In this document: in pieces, positions 1 through 9,974 of the stretch
Position numbering within the stretch: position 1 is the stretch's first letter
Layout: the number at the start of each line of letters is the position of its first letter
From: Bacteroidales bacterium
GTDB taxonomy: Bacteria; Bacteroidota; Bacteroidia; Bacteroidales; FEN-979
DNA: 64,000 bases
Direction of reading: 5' to 3'
Assembly (NCBI GenBank): GCA_049317265.1
Contig: JBMOIP010000017.1
Location: forward strand, 10,541 to 74,540
Position numbers and translations under genes: made by a program
The notes under the pieces: generated by a model
Told to the model about the DNA's origin: nothing
What the model saw: the letters and a program-made list of their open reading frames with translations, nothing else
Database searches by the model: none

Positions 1-449
1 TAGATAAACTCAGGGATGATTTACACCAGCTAACAACGGTTGAACGGCCGTCTATATCTCGCCAGATTGCCGAAGCAAGGGATAAGGGTGATTTGTCTGA
101 AAACGCCGAATACGCTGCTGCAAAGGAGGCTCAGTCGATGCTTGAATTGAAAATATCAAAGCTGCAGGAGGTATTGAACAACGCGCGGCTAATCGATGAA
201 CGAAAACTGGATAATACGAAAATACTGATCTTCTCTACGGTCACCTTAAGGAATTCCCTCAATGGTGGGAATGTGGTCTATACTCTTGTTCCGGAAAATG
301 AGGCAAACATTAAAGTTGGGAAATTGTCTGTAAGCTCACCCATCGCCAAAGGCTTATTGGGTAAAAGCATCGGGGAGACCGTTGAAATTACCGTGCCTGC
401 CGGGAAAATTACTTTTGAAATAGTTGAGATAACCCGGCAAAAAAGCTGA
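1..449 (+). CDS. greA: Transcription elongation factor GreA, C-terminal part (5' end lies outside the window)
   Basis: Frame 3 is open from nt 3 to the stop at 447-449. The translation ...IAEARDKGDLSENAEYAAAKEAQSMLE... is the conserved GreA motif. It is followed by the C-terminal domain (VSSPIAKGLLGKSIGETVEI). Confidence 0.85.
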   Translation, partial: DKLRDDLHQLTTVERPSISRQIAEARDKGDLSENAEYAAAKEAQSMLELKISKLQEVLNNARLIDERKLDNTKILIFSTVTLRNSLNGGNVVYTLVPENEANIKVGKLSVSSPIAKGLLGKSIGETVEITVPAGKITFEIVEITRQKS

Positions 450-451
450 AA

Positions 452-847
452 ATGGCAACGATCTTCACACGCATCGTAGATGGTGAAATACCATGCTATA
501 AAGTGGCCGAGGATGAAAACTTCCTCGCATTTCTTGACATTAATCCTTTACAGGAGGGGCATACACTTGTAATACCCAAAAAAGAGATTAACTATATTTT
601 TGATGTGGATGACGAACTGAATGCCGGCCTTTGGAATTTTGCCAAGAAAATCGGGAAGGCCATCGAAAAAGTTGTCCCGTGTAAACGAATCGGCATTACA
701 GTGATCGGGCTTGAAGTGCCTCATGCACATATTCACCTGATTCCACTTAAGTCTATCTACGACATGGATTTCAGGAAACCTAAACTGACATTCACTCCTG
801 AAGAGTTTACATCGATGGCGGAAAAGATCGCAGGTTCAATTCAATAA
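452..847 (+). CDS. HIT family (histidine triad, HinT-like) protein
   Basis: 131 aa with the histidine-triad motif HAHIHLIP and N-terminal IFTRIVDGEIP. The start is 2 nt after the greA stop. Confidence 0.85.
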   Translation: MATIFTRIVDGEIPCYKVAEDENFLAFLDINPLQEGHTLVIPKKEINYIFDVDDELNAGLWNFAKKIGKAIEKVVPCKRIGITVIGLEVPHAHIHLIPLKSIYDMDFRKPKLTFTPEEFTSMAEKIAGSIQ

Positions 848-2742
848 GCCCTTTCGTCCCTTCCCTCGATATAATTGATAAATGCCCGGTTTACCACCTT
901 ATTCCCTCCGGGAGTAGGGTAATTGCCTGTGAAGTACCAGTCGCCCTTATGGTTTGGAATGGCCAGGTGGAGGTCGGCGATGGTTTGGTAAATGATCTGA
1001 ACCCCTGCCTTACACGAAGCCGGAGTTAAGAGTTCGGAAATTTTTTCAGAAATCCGCTCATCGGTAAAGGGTTTATATATCTCTTTCACATAGTTGATGA
1101 TGTTCTCTTTGGGAAATTTTTCCTGGGCTTTCGACTTTACATACACTTCATTGATGATGTGTTCCTGGTGCGTGTCTTTAAGTAACTCAATGGCTGCTTT
1201 AAAGGCAATGAAATCGGTGATCTTGGCCATGTCGATGCCATAGCAATCGGGGTACCGGATTTGCGGGGCTGAGGAGGCGATGATGATTTTTCTTGGTCCC
1301 AACCGGTCAAGGATACGAAGAATGCTCTGTTTCAGAGTGGTTCCCCTTACAATGGAATCATCCAGCACCACCAGGTTGTCAAGACCGATCCTGATACTCC
1401 CGTATGTAATGTCGTACACATGGGCAGCCAGGTCATCCCGCTGTGAATCGCGTGTAATGAATGTACGCAGTTTGACATCCTTCACTGCTACCTTTTCAGC
1501 CCTGGGCTTCAGCTGAAAAATGGTGTTTAGCTTTTCCCTGGTCAGTGATTTTCCTGCATCAAGAATCCTGTCTACCTTGATCCTGTCGCAAAATGCATCC
1601 ATCTCTTCAATCAGTCCGTAATAGGCATCGATGGCCGTATTTGGGATGTAAGAAAAGACGGTATTTTCAACGTCGTGGTCGATTGCTTTCAGGATGGAGG
1701 GTGTTAGCAATTTTCCAAGGGTTTTCCGTTCCTTGTAAATCTCCTTGTCGGTTCCCCTGGAGAAGTATATTCGTTCAAAGGAGCATGGTTTCCGGTCGCC
1801 TGGCTTGCTGAATTCCTTCTCGGACACTTTGCCGTCTCTTTTAATGATCAGCGCATGGCCCGGCTGCAATTCGCGAACAGAGTCAAAAGAGACATTCAGG
1901 GCGGTTTGAATAACTGGCCGTTCAGATGTTACAACAACTATTTCATCATCCTGGTAGTAGTATGCCGGACGGATACCCGAAGGATCGCGCATGACAAAAG
2001 CATCACCATGTCCGAACATCCCGGTGATCACATATCCTCCATCCCAGGTTTTTGCCGCGGCACGAAGGATTTTCTGGATGTTTAAGTGTTTGGCTATCTG
2101 AATTGTAATTTCCCGCTTGGGAAATCCTTTCTTTTTGAATTTCTGGTAAAGTTCTTCGTTTTCCTCATCCAGGAAATGTCCCATTTTTTCCAAAATGGTG
2201 ATGGTGTCGCTTGTTTCGACAGGATACTGGCCCAGATCGATCAGCTTTTCAAAAAGTTCATCAACATTGGTAAGATTGAAATTACCGGCCAGAACGAGGT
2301 TCTTGGTCATCCAGTTGTTTTCACGTACAAAAGGATGGATGTTGCGAATACTGTTTTTTCCAAAAGTGCCGTACCGGAGATGCCCAAGATATAGTTCTCC
2401 AAGCATATCCACGTTGCTCTTCAGCCATTGAACATCGTTAACGCGATTAGGATGGCGTTCTTCGATCTCTTTCAGGTTGGCGCCTACCTTGTTGAAAATA
2501 TCCTGTATGGGAGCGCCGGCAACAGATCGAATCCGGTTGATGAACCTGTTTCCCGGATCAAGGTCGAATTTTATGCTGGCAATACCTGCACCATCCTGCC
2601 CTCGATTGTGCTGTTTTTGCATGAGAAGGTGCAGCTTGTTAAGCCCGTAGAATGCTGTTCCATACCTGGCCTGGTAATATTCAAGTGGTTTGAGCAGGCG
2701 GATCAGGGCGATGCCGCATTCATGGTGGATGGAATCGCTCAT
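841..2742 (-). CDS. purF: Amidophosphoribosyltransferase (long form)
   Basis: 633 aa. The N-terminal nucleophile Cys follows a short propeptide (HHECGIALI), typical of class II glutamine amidotransferases. A PRPP-binding loop VVLDDSIVRGTT is present. The 3' end overlaps the convergent HIT gene by 7 nt. Confidence 0.9.
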   Translation of the reverse strand: MSDSIHHECGIALIRLLKPLEYYQARYGTAFYGLNKLHLLMQKQHNRGQDGAGIASIKFDLDPGNRFINRIRSVAGAPIQDIFNKVGANLKEIEERHPNRVNDVQWLKSNVDMLGELYLGHLRYGTFGKNSIRNIHPFVRENNWMTKNLVLAGNFNLTNVDELFEKLIDLGQYPVETSDTITILEKMGHFLDEENEELYQKFKKKGFPKREITIQIAKHLNIQKILRAAAKTWDGGYVITGMFGHGDAFVMRDPSGIRPAYYYQDDEIVVVTSERPVIQTALNVSFDSVRELQPGHALIIKRDGKVSEKEFSKPGDRKPCSFERIYFSRGTDKEIYKERKTLGKLLTPSILKAIDHDVENTVFSYIPNTAIDAYYGLIEEMDAFCDRIKVDRILDAGKSLTREKLNTIFQLKPRAEKVAVKDVKLRTFITRDSQRDDLAAHVYDITYGSIRIGLDNLVVLDDSIVRGTTLKQSILRILDRLGPRKIIIASSAPQIRYPDCYGIDMAKITDFIAFKAAIELLKDTHQEHIINEVYVKSKAQEKFPKENIINYVKEIYKPFTDERISEKISELLTPASCKAGVQIIYQTIADLHLAIPNHKGDWYFTGNYPTPGGNKVVNRAFINYIEGRDERAY

Positions 2743-2762
2743 CTTGTTTGTTGTTTATGCGG

Positions 2763-2770
2763 CAAAGGTA
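2763..2770 (-). promoter_or_regulatory. Bacteroidota -7 promoter box (TACCTTTG on minus strand) for purF
   Basis: CAAAGGTA on the plus strand is an exact TAnnTTTG match on the minus strand, about 21 nt upstream of the purF ATG. Confidence 0.5.
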
Positions 2771-2774
2771 TAAA

Positions 2775-4757
2775 TTATTGACGAGCGCAATGCAGTTCAA
2801 TCAACGTGGTTGCCTGTAAATTCCCAAGTGAACGTGCCCTTTGCCAGTCAGCGCAGGCCGACTGCAAATCCCTGGCATAGAAATAGGCAGTACCCCTTCC
2901 AAGGTAGGCGTCTCCATATTCAGGACTGTATTCGATGGCTTTTGTGAAGTCTGATATTGCTCCTGTAAAATCCTTCAGGGCCCAGGCCCGCAGGACTCCT
3001 CGGTTGTTATAGGCTTTTGCATAATCAGGCTGGATCAGGATGGCAGAGTCATAATCTGCCAGGGCTCCGTTGATATCTGAATTTCGATACCTGATGTTTG
3101 CCCGGTTAAAGTAAACAATCGCTTTTTCAGCGCTTGCGGCCTCCCTGCCTGTTGAATTCATTTGAAACCGGAACGAGGCAAGGTGTCGGAGAGTGGTTTC
3201 AGCCCCGTCGTCGGGCTGGTAAAATCCTTTCATCCAACTGGTATTTAATTCTTTGGGTTGTCCGGTTTCAGGTTGGGGCAAACTTTTAAGGTCAATCTCA
3301 GGGAGTTGAGATGCATAACCAGTTTTTGCAAAAACTGCGGCAATGCCGTCAATATAAATAAGTTTCCAATCCGGCATCCCGGCTAATTGCATGGTCCAGG
3401 GATAGTATTTCAAATAGTTGTATATGATCAGTTCCGGTTTGTATTTGCTGATCAGGTCCGGTAATCCGTTGCTCCAGCTCCTGGTCACTTCCATATAAAT
3501 TGATTCTTGCATCACTTCCAGTCTTCCATCCATGAAAACCGGCTGTGGAAGTGTCCATGAAAGCCATCCTCCAAATCCGATGCTGTTCAGCATTCTGCCT
3601 CCGAGATGGTTGTGAAGCAGGAAAGAAGCTGCTCCGGCAGGTTGGTGTAAAGGGTCAAGGCCAGTTCCGGTCCTGTTGAAAGAGTTGTTTTCCCTGTAAT
3701 AGGCATTGGTAATCAACCTTGGTATCAATGCCAGGGTAATAATGATCAGCGAAACAAAAAGGATTATCCCTGCTGCCCTCTTTTTGGGTCTTGTCATCAA
3801 TGTAAGGCCTAATGCCTCCCTGCCCAGGATCGGCACAGCAACAATTACGAATAGCGGGATGTTACGGATCGAAGTGATGGCAAGGAAACCAAAGATTAAC
3901 AGGAGTAAGACTTCGTGCAGATTTCGTTTCCGGATCAATGGAATAATCACAAGAGAACCCAGTAACAGGAGCATGATGAAAAGGAAGTCGCGGAGTACAA
4001 AACGGGTCTGTAAAAAAAACGGGATGAACTCCTGGATATGCTGATTGTAGATGTTGTTCGGATCAAAACGGGTAAGAAGCTCTAGAGGCAATGAAAATCC
4101 ATTAATTCCATAAGGATTGATCAGGCACATCAGCCAGGAAAGGAGGGTGACAATCAGCAGTTTCCGATCGATTTTCCTTGTACGAACTGTGATTCCCGCG
4201 AAATAGATGGAAATGGTAAGCAGTCCAAGGATGAACAAGGCATGCATGTTACTCCACAGGAGCATTGTTATTGGGAGCAGGTATAAAAGATTTTTCCGTT
4301 GGCCAGTATAACGGTCAAGAATGAACAGGGTGAATGTCAGGAAAATAAAGGTGAACATTTCGGGTCTTGGAGTAATTCTTGGTTCGATCACAAGGAATGT
4401 CGTCAGCAGGGCAATCGAAGTGAGAGACAAAGGTACCTTCCCGTTGCGGAGTCGTAACAGTACAAGCAGGAACAGCATCACGCTCAATAAACAGACAAAG
4501 AGACTTATCCCCGTGTATCCTGCAACTTTATATACCCCGTAGATGATTACCTGGAACAGCCAGTGCAGGTCGGTATAGGCATGATCGGTAACGGTATAGG
4601 TGCTTTGGTCAGTGGTTGGAACCTGGAGATTTGTCACAATCCATTTTCCATATTTCAGGTGAAAGCCTAGGTCGGGATCTGAAAGTTGCCTGAGAGAAAT
4701 TGTAAAAACCAGTATAGAGACCAGGATGAATGGCGCTAGCCATTTACGAGAGTGCAT
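2775..4757 (-). CDS. Polytopic membrane protein with C-terminal TPR repeats (function unknown)
   Basis: I use the ATG at 4757; the track ORF begins at a TTG at 4787. The first ~430 aa contain about a dozen hydrophobic helices. TPR-like repeats follow (ADYDSAILIQPDYAKAYNNRG, ISDFTKAIEYSPEYGDAYLGRG). A GT-C/PMT-like topology is only inferred. Confidence 0.6.
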   Translation of the reverse strand: MHSRKWLAPFILVSILVFTISLRQLSDPDLGFHLKYGKWIVTNLQVPTTDQSTYTVTDHAYTDLHWLFQVIIYGVYKVAGYTGISLFVCLLSVMLFLLVLLRLRNGKVPLSLTSIALLTTFLVIEPRITPRPEMFTFIFLTFTLFILDRYTGQRKNLLYLLPITMLLWSNMHALFILGLLTISIYFAGITVRTRKIDRKLLIVTLLSWLMCLINPYGINGFSLPLELLTRFDPNNIYNQHIQEFIPFFLQTRFVLRDFLFIMLLLLGSLVIIPLIRKRNLHEVLLLLIFGFLAITSIRNIPLFVIVAVPILGREALGLTLMTRPKKRAAGIILFVSLIIITLALIPRLITNAYYRENNSFNRTGTGLDPLHQPAGAASFLLHNHLGGRMLNSIGFGGWLSWTLPQPVFMDGRLEVMQESIYMEVTRSWSNGLPDLISKYKPELIIYNYLKYYPWTMQLAGMPDWKLIYIDGIAAVFAKTGYASQLPEIDLKSLPQPETGQPKELNTSWMKGFYQPDDGAETTLRHLASFRFQMNSTGREAASAEKAIVYFNRANIRYRNSDINGALADYDSAILIQPDYAKAYNNRGVLRAWALKDFTGAISDFTKAIEYSPEYGDAYLGRGTAYFYARDLQSACADWQRARSLGNLQATTLIELHCARQ

Positions 4758-4817
4758 TGCGAATAAATTCAGTGTTAAAAGTAGCAAAATATCCTTGGAT
4801 AGCTGGGAAAACCAGCC

Positions 4818-4825
4818 TATTTTTG
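4818..4825 (+). promoter_or_regulatory. Bacteroidota -7 promoter box (TATTTTTG) for selU
   Basis: Exact TAnnTTTG match 22 nt upstream of the ATG at 4847. It supports the shorter selU start. Confidence 0.5.
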
Positions 4826-4846
4826 ACGAATACTACAATACAAGCG

Positions 4847-5875
4847 ATGATCATTCCAATTGAACCGACCAACTTTCTGCAACAGGCGGCCAGTTTCCCG
4901 GTAGTTGATGTAAGGTCACCCGGTGAGTTTGCTCATGGACATATACCAGGCGCTGTTAACATTCCATTATTTGATGATGCAGAAAGGGCGCTTGTTGGAA
5001 CTTTATATGTCAGGAACGGGCAGGAGGAGGCTATTCGCAAAGGATTTGAGCTCGCCTTACCCAAGACCGGATGGTACATTGATTCACTTCGTAAGAGTGT
5101 TAAATCGGACAGGATATTGTTGCATTGCTGGAGGGGTGGGATGCGCAGCGCTGCCATGGCTGATGTTTTCAGTGGTTCAGGGTATAGTGTATACCTGTTA
5201 ACAGGGGGTTACAAGGCTTACCGGCGGTTCATCAGGGAAGGACTTGCCTCCCGGGCCAAGGTATTTGTTTTAGGCGGATATACCGGGTCGGGGAAGACTG
5301 AACTCCTGAAGGCAATCGAATCAATGGGTGAACAGGTGGTTGACCTCGAGGGGCTTGCATGCCACAAAGGTTCTGTTTTCGGTGCTTTGGGACAACCCGG
5401 GCAACCCACAAATGAACAGTTTGAAAACAATCTCTACACCACATGGTCGGCGCTCGATCTTTCACGAATTGTATGGATGGAGGATGAAAGCAGGATGATA
5501 GGCCGGGTAACCCTTCCTGATCCTGTTGTTGAACATCTCAGCGCTGGTACCCTGCTGAAGGTTCGGCTTGATCTTCCCATCCGGATTAAAAGACTTGTTG
5601 ATGAATATTCATTGTTTGATCGGAAACTTTTGGAAGAGGCCATACTGAGGATCAGTGAACGGCTGGGGGGAACCAGGACCAAAGAAGCGGTCTCAGCCCT
5701 TGAGGAGCAGCAGTTTGAAAAGGTTGCAGCCATTGCATTGTCCTATTATGATCAAGCTTACCAGTTTTCCATGGCCCGCCGGAAAAGCAAGGCCATCCGA
5801 GAAATTGCTATAACCGGGGAGAATGTTGAGGCAGATGCAGCAAAAATCATTGACTTTGCCTATAAAAATATGTGA
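4847..5875 (+). CDS. selU: tRNA 2-selenouridine synthase
   Basis: A rhodanese domain carries the active-site loop HCWRGGMRS and is followed by the P-loop GGYTGSGKT. The start is moved from the track position 4730 to the ATG at 4847 (MIIPIEPTNF...). Confidence 0.85.
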   Translation: MIIPIEPTNFLQQAASFPVVDVRSPGEFAHGHIPGAVNIPLFDDAERALVGTLYVRNGQEEAIRKGFELALPKTGWYIDSLRKSVKSDRILLHCWRGGMRSAAMADVFSGSGYSVYLLTGGYKAYRRFIREGLASRAKVFVLGGYTGSGKTELLKAIESMGEQVVDLEGLACHKGSVFGALGQPGQPTNEQFENNLYTTWSALDLSRIVWMEDESRMIGRVTLPDPVVEHLSAGTLLKVRLDLPIRIKRLVDEYSLFDRKLLEEAILRISERLGGTRTKEAVSALEEQQFEKVAAIALSYYDQAYQFSMARRKSKAIREIAITGENVEADAAKIIDFAYKNM

Positions 5876-5876
5876 T

Positions 5877-8105
5877 ATGGATCCTGTTTATCTTGATTAC
5901 AATGCAACAACGCCGGTCGATCCCCTTGTTGTTGGAGCTGTAAGGCCTTTCCTGGAGAGTTATTTTGGGAATCCTTCCAGTGTGCACACGTATGGGATCC
6001 AGGCTAAAAGTGCCATTGAAAAAGCCCGGTACCAGGTAGCCTCACTGCTGAACGCAAAAAGCGATGAGATCGTCTTTACCAGTGGCGGGACAGAATCGAA
6101 CAATTTTGCCGTCAAGGGGGCTGTCCTTGCCAACCTGGGCAAGGGAAACCACATCATCACCTCTTCCATCGAACATCCTGCGATTACAGAAGTATGCCGA
6201 TACCTGGAAAAAAATGGCTGCCAGGTCACTTATCTCCCGGTGGATGAATTTGGCATGGTTGATGCCCTGCAGGTTGAACGGTCGATTACTGGTCAAACCA
6301 TCCTTATAACGGTCATGCATGCCAACAATGAAACGGGAACTGTTCAGCCGATAGAAGCGATTGGCCGCATTGCGCGGGCCCATGGCATCCTTTTTCACAC
6401 GGATGCGGCACAGTCGGTGGGTAAAATTCCCGTTGATGTTGATACATTGCAGGTTGACCTCCTTTCCGTGGCAGGCCATAAATTGTATGCACCCAAAGGT
6501 GTAGGAGCACTTTATATCCGCCGGGGAGTTAAACTGGAAAAGCTGATCCATGGTGCTGATCATGAATCAAACCTGCGGGCCGGAACAGAAAATGTGATGG
6601 AGATTGTCGGATTGGGAATGGCTGCAGAGGTTGCCCGGCAACTGCTGGTGCCGGATCCATCTAATGTCATACGTCATTTGATATTTATGAGGGAGCTACG
6701 CGACCGACTGCATGAAGGAATCATGATGGGAATTCCTGAGGTCAGGCTGAACGGTCATCCGGAGTTGAGGTTGCCCAATACGCTGAGTCTCGGTTTCCCG
6801 GGAGAAGAAGCTGCATTACTGCTGGCGTCGATGAAAGGTATTGCAGGTTCAGCAGGAGCTGCTTGTCATTCCGACCAGGCAGATATTTCCGGTGTACTTT
6901 CAGCCATGAAGGTTCCTGTAGAATATGCCATTGGAACGATCCGCTTTTCGGTGGGACGCATGTCCACCATGGAGGAGATTGAAACAGCGATACCCATTAT
7001 TGTGGAGGCATACAGGGAACTGAAGGGGGAAAGAGATTTGCAAAATCCGAAGCCTGATTTCCTGGATCCGGATGCTCATTTCAGGCTGACAGAGTATACC
7101 CATGCCCTTGGATGTGCCTGCAAGATCAGGCCGCAGTTGCTGGAAACTATTTTAAATGGATTGCCGGTAAAAAACAACCCATTGGTTTTGGTTGGTCATG
7201 AAACCTCTGATGATGCCGCTGTTTACCAGATTGACGAACACACGGCCATTGTTCAGACAGTAGATTTTATTCCGCCGGTGGTAGATGATCCCTATATGTA
7301 TGGCGCAATTTCGGCCGCCAACGCCCTGAGTGATGTTTATGCCATGGGAGGGAAACCGCTTTTTGCGCTCAGCATTGTTGGATTCCCTGACAAGAAGTTG
7401 CCGATACGGGTACTTCAGCAGATATTAAAAGGGGCAAATGACAAGGTTGCAGAGGCGGGAATCCAGGTGATCGGTGGCCACAGCATAGAAGACAGCGAGC
7501 CGAAATTCGGGCTTGTGGTCACAGGGCTTGTGGATCCCGGGAAAATTCTCCGTAATTCTACAGCAAGGCCCGGCGATGCACTGGTACTTACAAAACCCCT
7601 CGGAACCGGCATCATCACTACTGCCATCAAGCGGGGATTGGCAGGAGGCCCTGCCGTTGAACTTGTCATGGAGGTGATGGCTCAACTCAACCGGACAGCC
7701 GCTGAAATCATGGCAGATTTCCAGGTCAGCGCATGTACCGACGTGACCGGTTTTGGTTTGCTTGGACACCTAAAGGAGATGGTATGCAGTGCAGGTGTTC
7801 AGGCAATCCTTGATCCCGATTCAATTCCCGTTATGGATGCTGCATGGGAGTATGCCAGTGCAGGCACCATCCCGGGCGGGACTAAGAATAACCTGGAATA
7901 TGTACGGTCTTATGTTGAATGGAGTGATTCCACTCCCGAATTGATGAAGTTCATCCTGGCTGATGCCCAAACTTCTGGAGGATTGCTTATATCATTGCCC
8001 GGGAATGAGGCCAAGGAGCTTGTGGCAGGGCTTCACAAAGGGGGTGTTCACTCTGCAGCCATTATCGGAACGATTTCAGCCGGTGATCCGAAAATTATCG
8101 TTTAA
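5877..8105 (+). CDS. selD: Fusion protein: NifS-like cysteine desulfurase/selenocysteine lyase domain plus selenophosphate synthetase (SelD) domain
   Basis: The ATG at 5877 lies 1 nt after the selU stop. The N-terminal ~385 aa form a class V aminotransferase fold (HANNETG, HTDAAQS, SVAGHKLYAPKG, Cys loop AGAACHS). The C-terminal ~340 aa are SelD (LTEYTHALGCACKI Cys/Lys loop, GGHSIEDSEPKFG, TDVTGFGLLGH). It is one uninterrupted ORF. Confidence 0.85.
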   Translation: MDPVYLDYNATTPVDPLVVGAVRPFLESYFGNPSSVHTYGIQAKSAIEKARYQVASLLNAKSDEIVFTSGGTESNNFAVKGAVLANLGKGNHIITSSIEHPAITEVCRYLEKNGCQVTYLPVDEFGMVDALQVERSITGQTILITVMHANNETGTVQPIEAIGRIARAHGILFHTDAAQSVGKIPVDVDTLQVDLLSVAGHKLYAPKGVGALYIRRGVKLEKLIHGADHESNLRAGTENVMEIVGLGMAAEVARQLLVPDPSNVIRHLIFMRELRDRLHEGIMMGIPEVRLNGHPELRLPNTLSLGFPGEEAALLLASMKGIAGSAGAACHSDQADISGVLSAMKVPVEYAIGTIRFSVGRMSTMEEIETAIPIIVEAYRELKGERDLQNPKPDFLDPDAHFRLTEYTHALGCACKIRPQLLETILNGLPVKNNPLVLVGHETSDDAAVYQIDEHTAIVQTVDFIPPVVDDPYMYGAISAANALSDVYAMGGKPLFALSIVGFPDKKLPIRVLQQILKGANDKVAEAGIQVIGGHSIEDSEPKFGLVVTGLVDPGKILRNSTARPGDALVLTKPLGTGIITTAIKRGLAGGPAVELVMEVMAQLNRTAAEIMADFQVSACTDVTGFGLLGHLKEMVCSAGVQAILDPDSIPVMDAAWEYASAGTIPGGTKNNLEYVRSYVEWSDSTPELMKFILADAQTSGGLLISLPGNEAKELVAGLHKGGVHSAAIIGTISAGDPKIIV

Positions 8106-9873
8106 GCGATTCCACTAAAGCGGAATCGAAAATTCTTCCGACGGGATAGATACCCTTCCGGTTGTCGGAATAGGGAGATTTGTTGTAGAACCAGTTGAGT
8201 ATCAGTTGCGGGTTTTTTGCAAACGTGGTATCTGTCTCCTTTTTTTGCTCAAACTCGAGCTTTAATGCAGGATCCGCTGCCATCATCTCACGGGCCATTT
8301 TTTCAATGACATAAGACTCTCCGTACTCTTTCTGCTCAAAAGCGGCATCAAAAAAACCCCAATAAACATAAGAACCATTGCCTTTTGGTTCCAGAATATG
8401 GGGAATGATGCGGCCGGCTTGCTGCCTCACTTCTACCAGTGCCGAGCCTGCCGGGTAGGTCCTTGTCTCTTCAATTTCATCGAATTCGATGTTCGTCATC
8501 GGATGATGCCCTTCATAGGGGTTTTGCTGCCACCTGGCATTTTTAAAGCGGCAGGTTTTTACACGGATGGTTGCATCATGGGTTAGTTCAGTTACCTTGA
8601 TTCCATGGTTTTTCAGTCGCGCGATCACTGCCCCCCATTCCGGAGGGACAATATATGCAACGGGCAGGTTAACCGTTAAAGCCGGGCGTGCAGCATCGAA
8701 ATAGGGGATATGCAGTGTGGCAGGTGTCTTGCTGTATTGAAACCATTCGCCTCCTGAGACATCGCTGGTTACGGCTTTATATTCCACTCCAAGGAAGTCG
8801 ACCATGGTACTGTCCTCTTTGTTGGTCTCAAACTGGAGCGGGAAAGGGGTGTTTATAAAAGATGCACTTTCGAGGTACTGATCAGCTTTTTGGATCAGTC
8901 CTGTGAGGGCCTTCGATTCTTTCCCCAGGATTTCCAGGGTCGTGAGGATGCACTCATAGGTCCCTGCCACTCTTTGAGGATAAGGTTTCAGCATATGGGT
9001 TTCGATCAGCAGGCCCGGGCGGTTCCGCAGGGCGGTATAACCCTGGGAAAGCATGGGAGGTGCAACTTCTGTGATCAGGCCGCTTCGCGGGTCATGCCAG
9101 TTGCGGAACCCAACATAGGGAAATACGGGGTATCCGCCTTCATTGAGATGGTCCTTCATTTGCCGGATAAAGGTCTCCTTTGACCAGGTTGTCAACCCTT
9201 CATCCATATCTCCATAAATTTCAACGAGGTAAGTAAGTACATACTGGTAATCTGCGCCATCGGTGGTATGGGAATCAATAAAAAAGTCGGGCATCCAGTT
9301 GTTGAACATCCTGAGCCAGGCCTGCATCTCCGGTGTGTCGGCCTTCAGGAAATCACGGTTCAGGTTGAGGTTATTGGCAGTGGTTCGCCAGCCCATCTCC
9401 TTTGGTCCGTTCTGGTTGATACGGTTGTATGGGCCAAACCGTTCATGCCCGTCTACATTAAAAATGGGGATAAAGATGATGGAGACATTGTCGAGTAGTT
9501 TAGAGGCTGCCGGAATGGCGAGGTCGCGGAACAACATGAGCCCGGCATCTTTGCCTTCACATTCACCGGCATGGATGCACGCCTGGAGCAGAAGGATGGT
9601 CCTTCCGGAAGCATGAATGGCCTTTGGGTCGCTGAGACCCTGCCTGTCGAGGATAAGCAGGGGCAGATCTCTCCCCTGGGGGCTCTTGCCGAATGTGGTG
9701 TAGGTGATCATTGCCGACCCCCGGGCAAGTTGTTTGCAGTAGTCGATGGTTGCTTTATACCCGGGGGTTTCCAGCTTGCCCGATTTCTCGTAAAATGTTT
9801 GCCAGTCAACATTTTGTGCAGTCGAAACACAGTAAAACAGGATCACCGGTAAAATTAAATAGAATCTTTTCAT
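8095..9873 (-). CDS. M14 family zinc carboxypeptidase (secreted)
   Basis: 592 aa with signal peptide MKRFYLILPVILFYCVSTAQ. Motifs HAGECEG (HxxE zinc ligands), NVDGHE and NLNRDF are present. The 3' end overlaps the convergent selD gene by 11 nt. Confidence 0.8.
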   Translation of the reverse strand: MKRFYLILPVILFYCVSTAQNVDWQTFYEKSGKLETPGYKATIDYCKQLARGSAMITYTTFGKSPQGRDLPLLILDRQGLSDPKAIHASGRTILLLQACIHAGECEGKDAGLMLFRDLAIPAASKLLDNVSIIFIPIFNVDGHERFGPYNRINQNGPKEMGWRTTANNLNLNRDFLKADTPEMQAWLRMFNNWMPDFFIDSHTTDGADYQYVLTYLVEIYGDMDEGLTTWSKETFIRQMKDHLNEGGYPVFPYVGFRNWHDPRSGLITEVAPPMLSQGYTALRNRPGLLIETHMLKPYPQRVAGTYECILTTLEILGKESKALTGLIQKADQYLESASFINTPFPLQFETNKEDSTMVDFLGVEYKAVTSDVSGGEWFQYSKTPATLHIPYFDAARPALTVNLPVAYIVPPEWGAVIARLKNHGIKVTELTHDATIRVKTCRFKNARWQQNPYEGHHPMTNIEFDEIEETRTYPAGSALVEVRQQAGRIIPHILEPKGNGSYVYWGFFDAAFEQKEYGESYVIEKMAREMMAADPALKLEFEQKKETDTTFAKNPQLILNWFYNKSPYSDNRKGIYPVGRIFDSALVESLKR

Positions 9874-9894
9874 GGTCAGTGTTTACAGAGTCGT

Positions 9895-9902
9895 CAAACA
9901 TA
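9895..9902 (-). promoter_or_regulatory. -7 promoter box (TATGTTTG on minus strand) for the M14 peptidase gene
   Basis: CAAACATA on the plus strand is an exact TAnnTTTG match on the minus strand, 22 nt upstream of the ATG at 9873. Confidence 0.5.
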
Positions 9903-9945
9903 CATAAAAAAAAGGAATGCCATGTGTTCAGGGGGCAATTTTGCC

Positions 9946-9953
9946 TATTTTTG
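9946..9953 (+). promoter_or_regulatory. -7 promoter box (TATTTTTG) for the BNR-repeat protein gene
   Basis: Exact TAnnTTTG match 22 nt upstream of the ATG at 9975. It supports the short start. Confidence 0.5.
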
Positions 9954-9974
9954 CATGGAACAAAACCAACTTCC

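Noticed and set aside
7080-7140. Selenocysteine (TGA) recoding in the SelD active-site loop
   Set aside because: The loop is encoded as GCACK with an ordinary Cys codon, and there is no in-frame TGA anywhere in the fusion ORF.
9711-9974. 88-codon N-terminal extension of the BNR-repeat ORF
   Set aside because: The extension overlaps the M14 peptidase gene start on the other strand and contains the TATTTTTG promoter box. The ATG at 9975 gives a canonical signal peptide.
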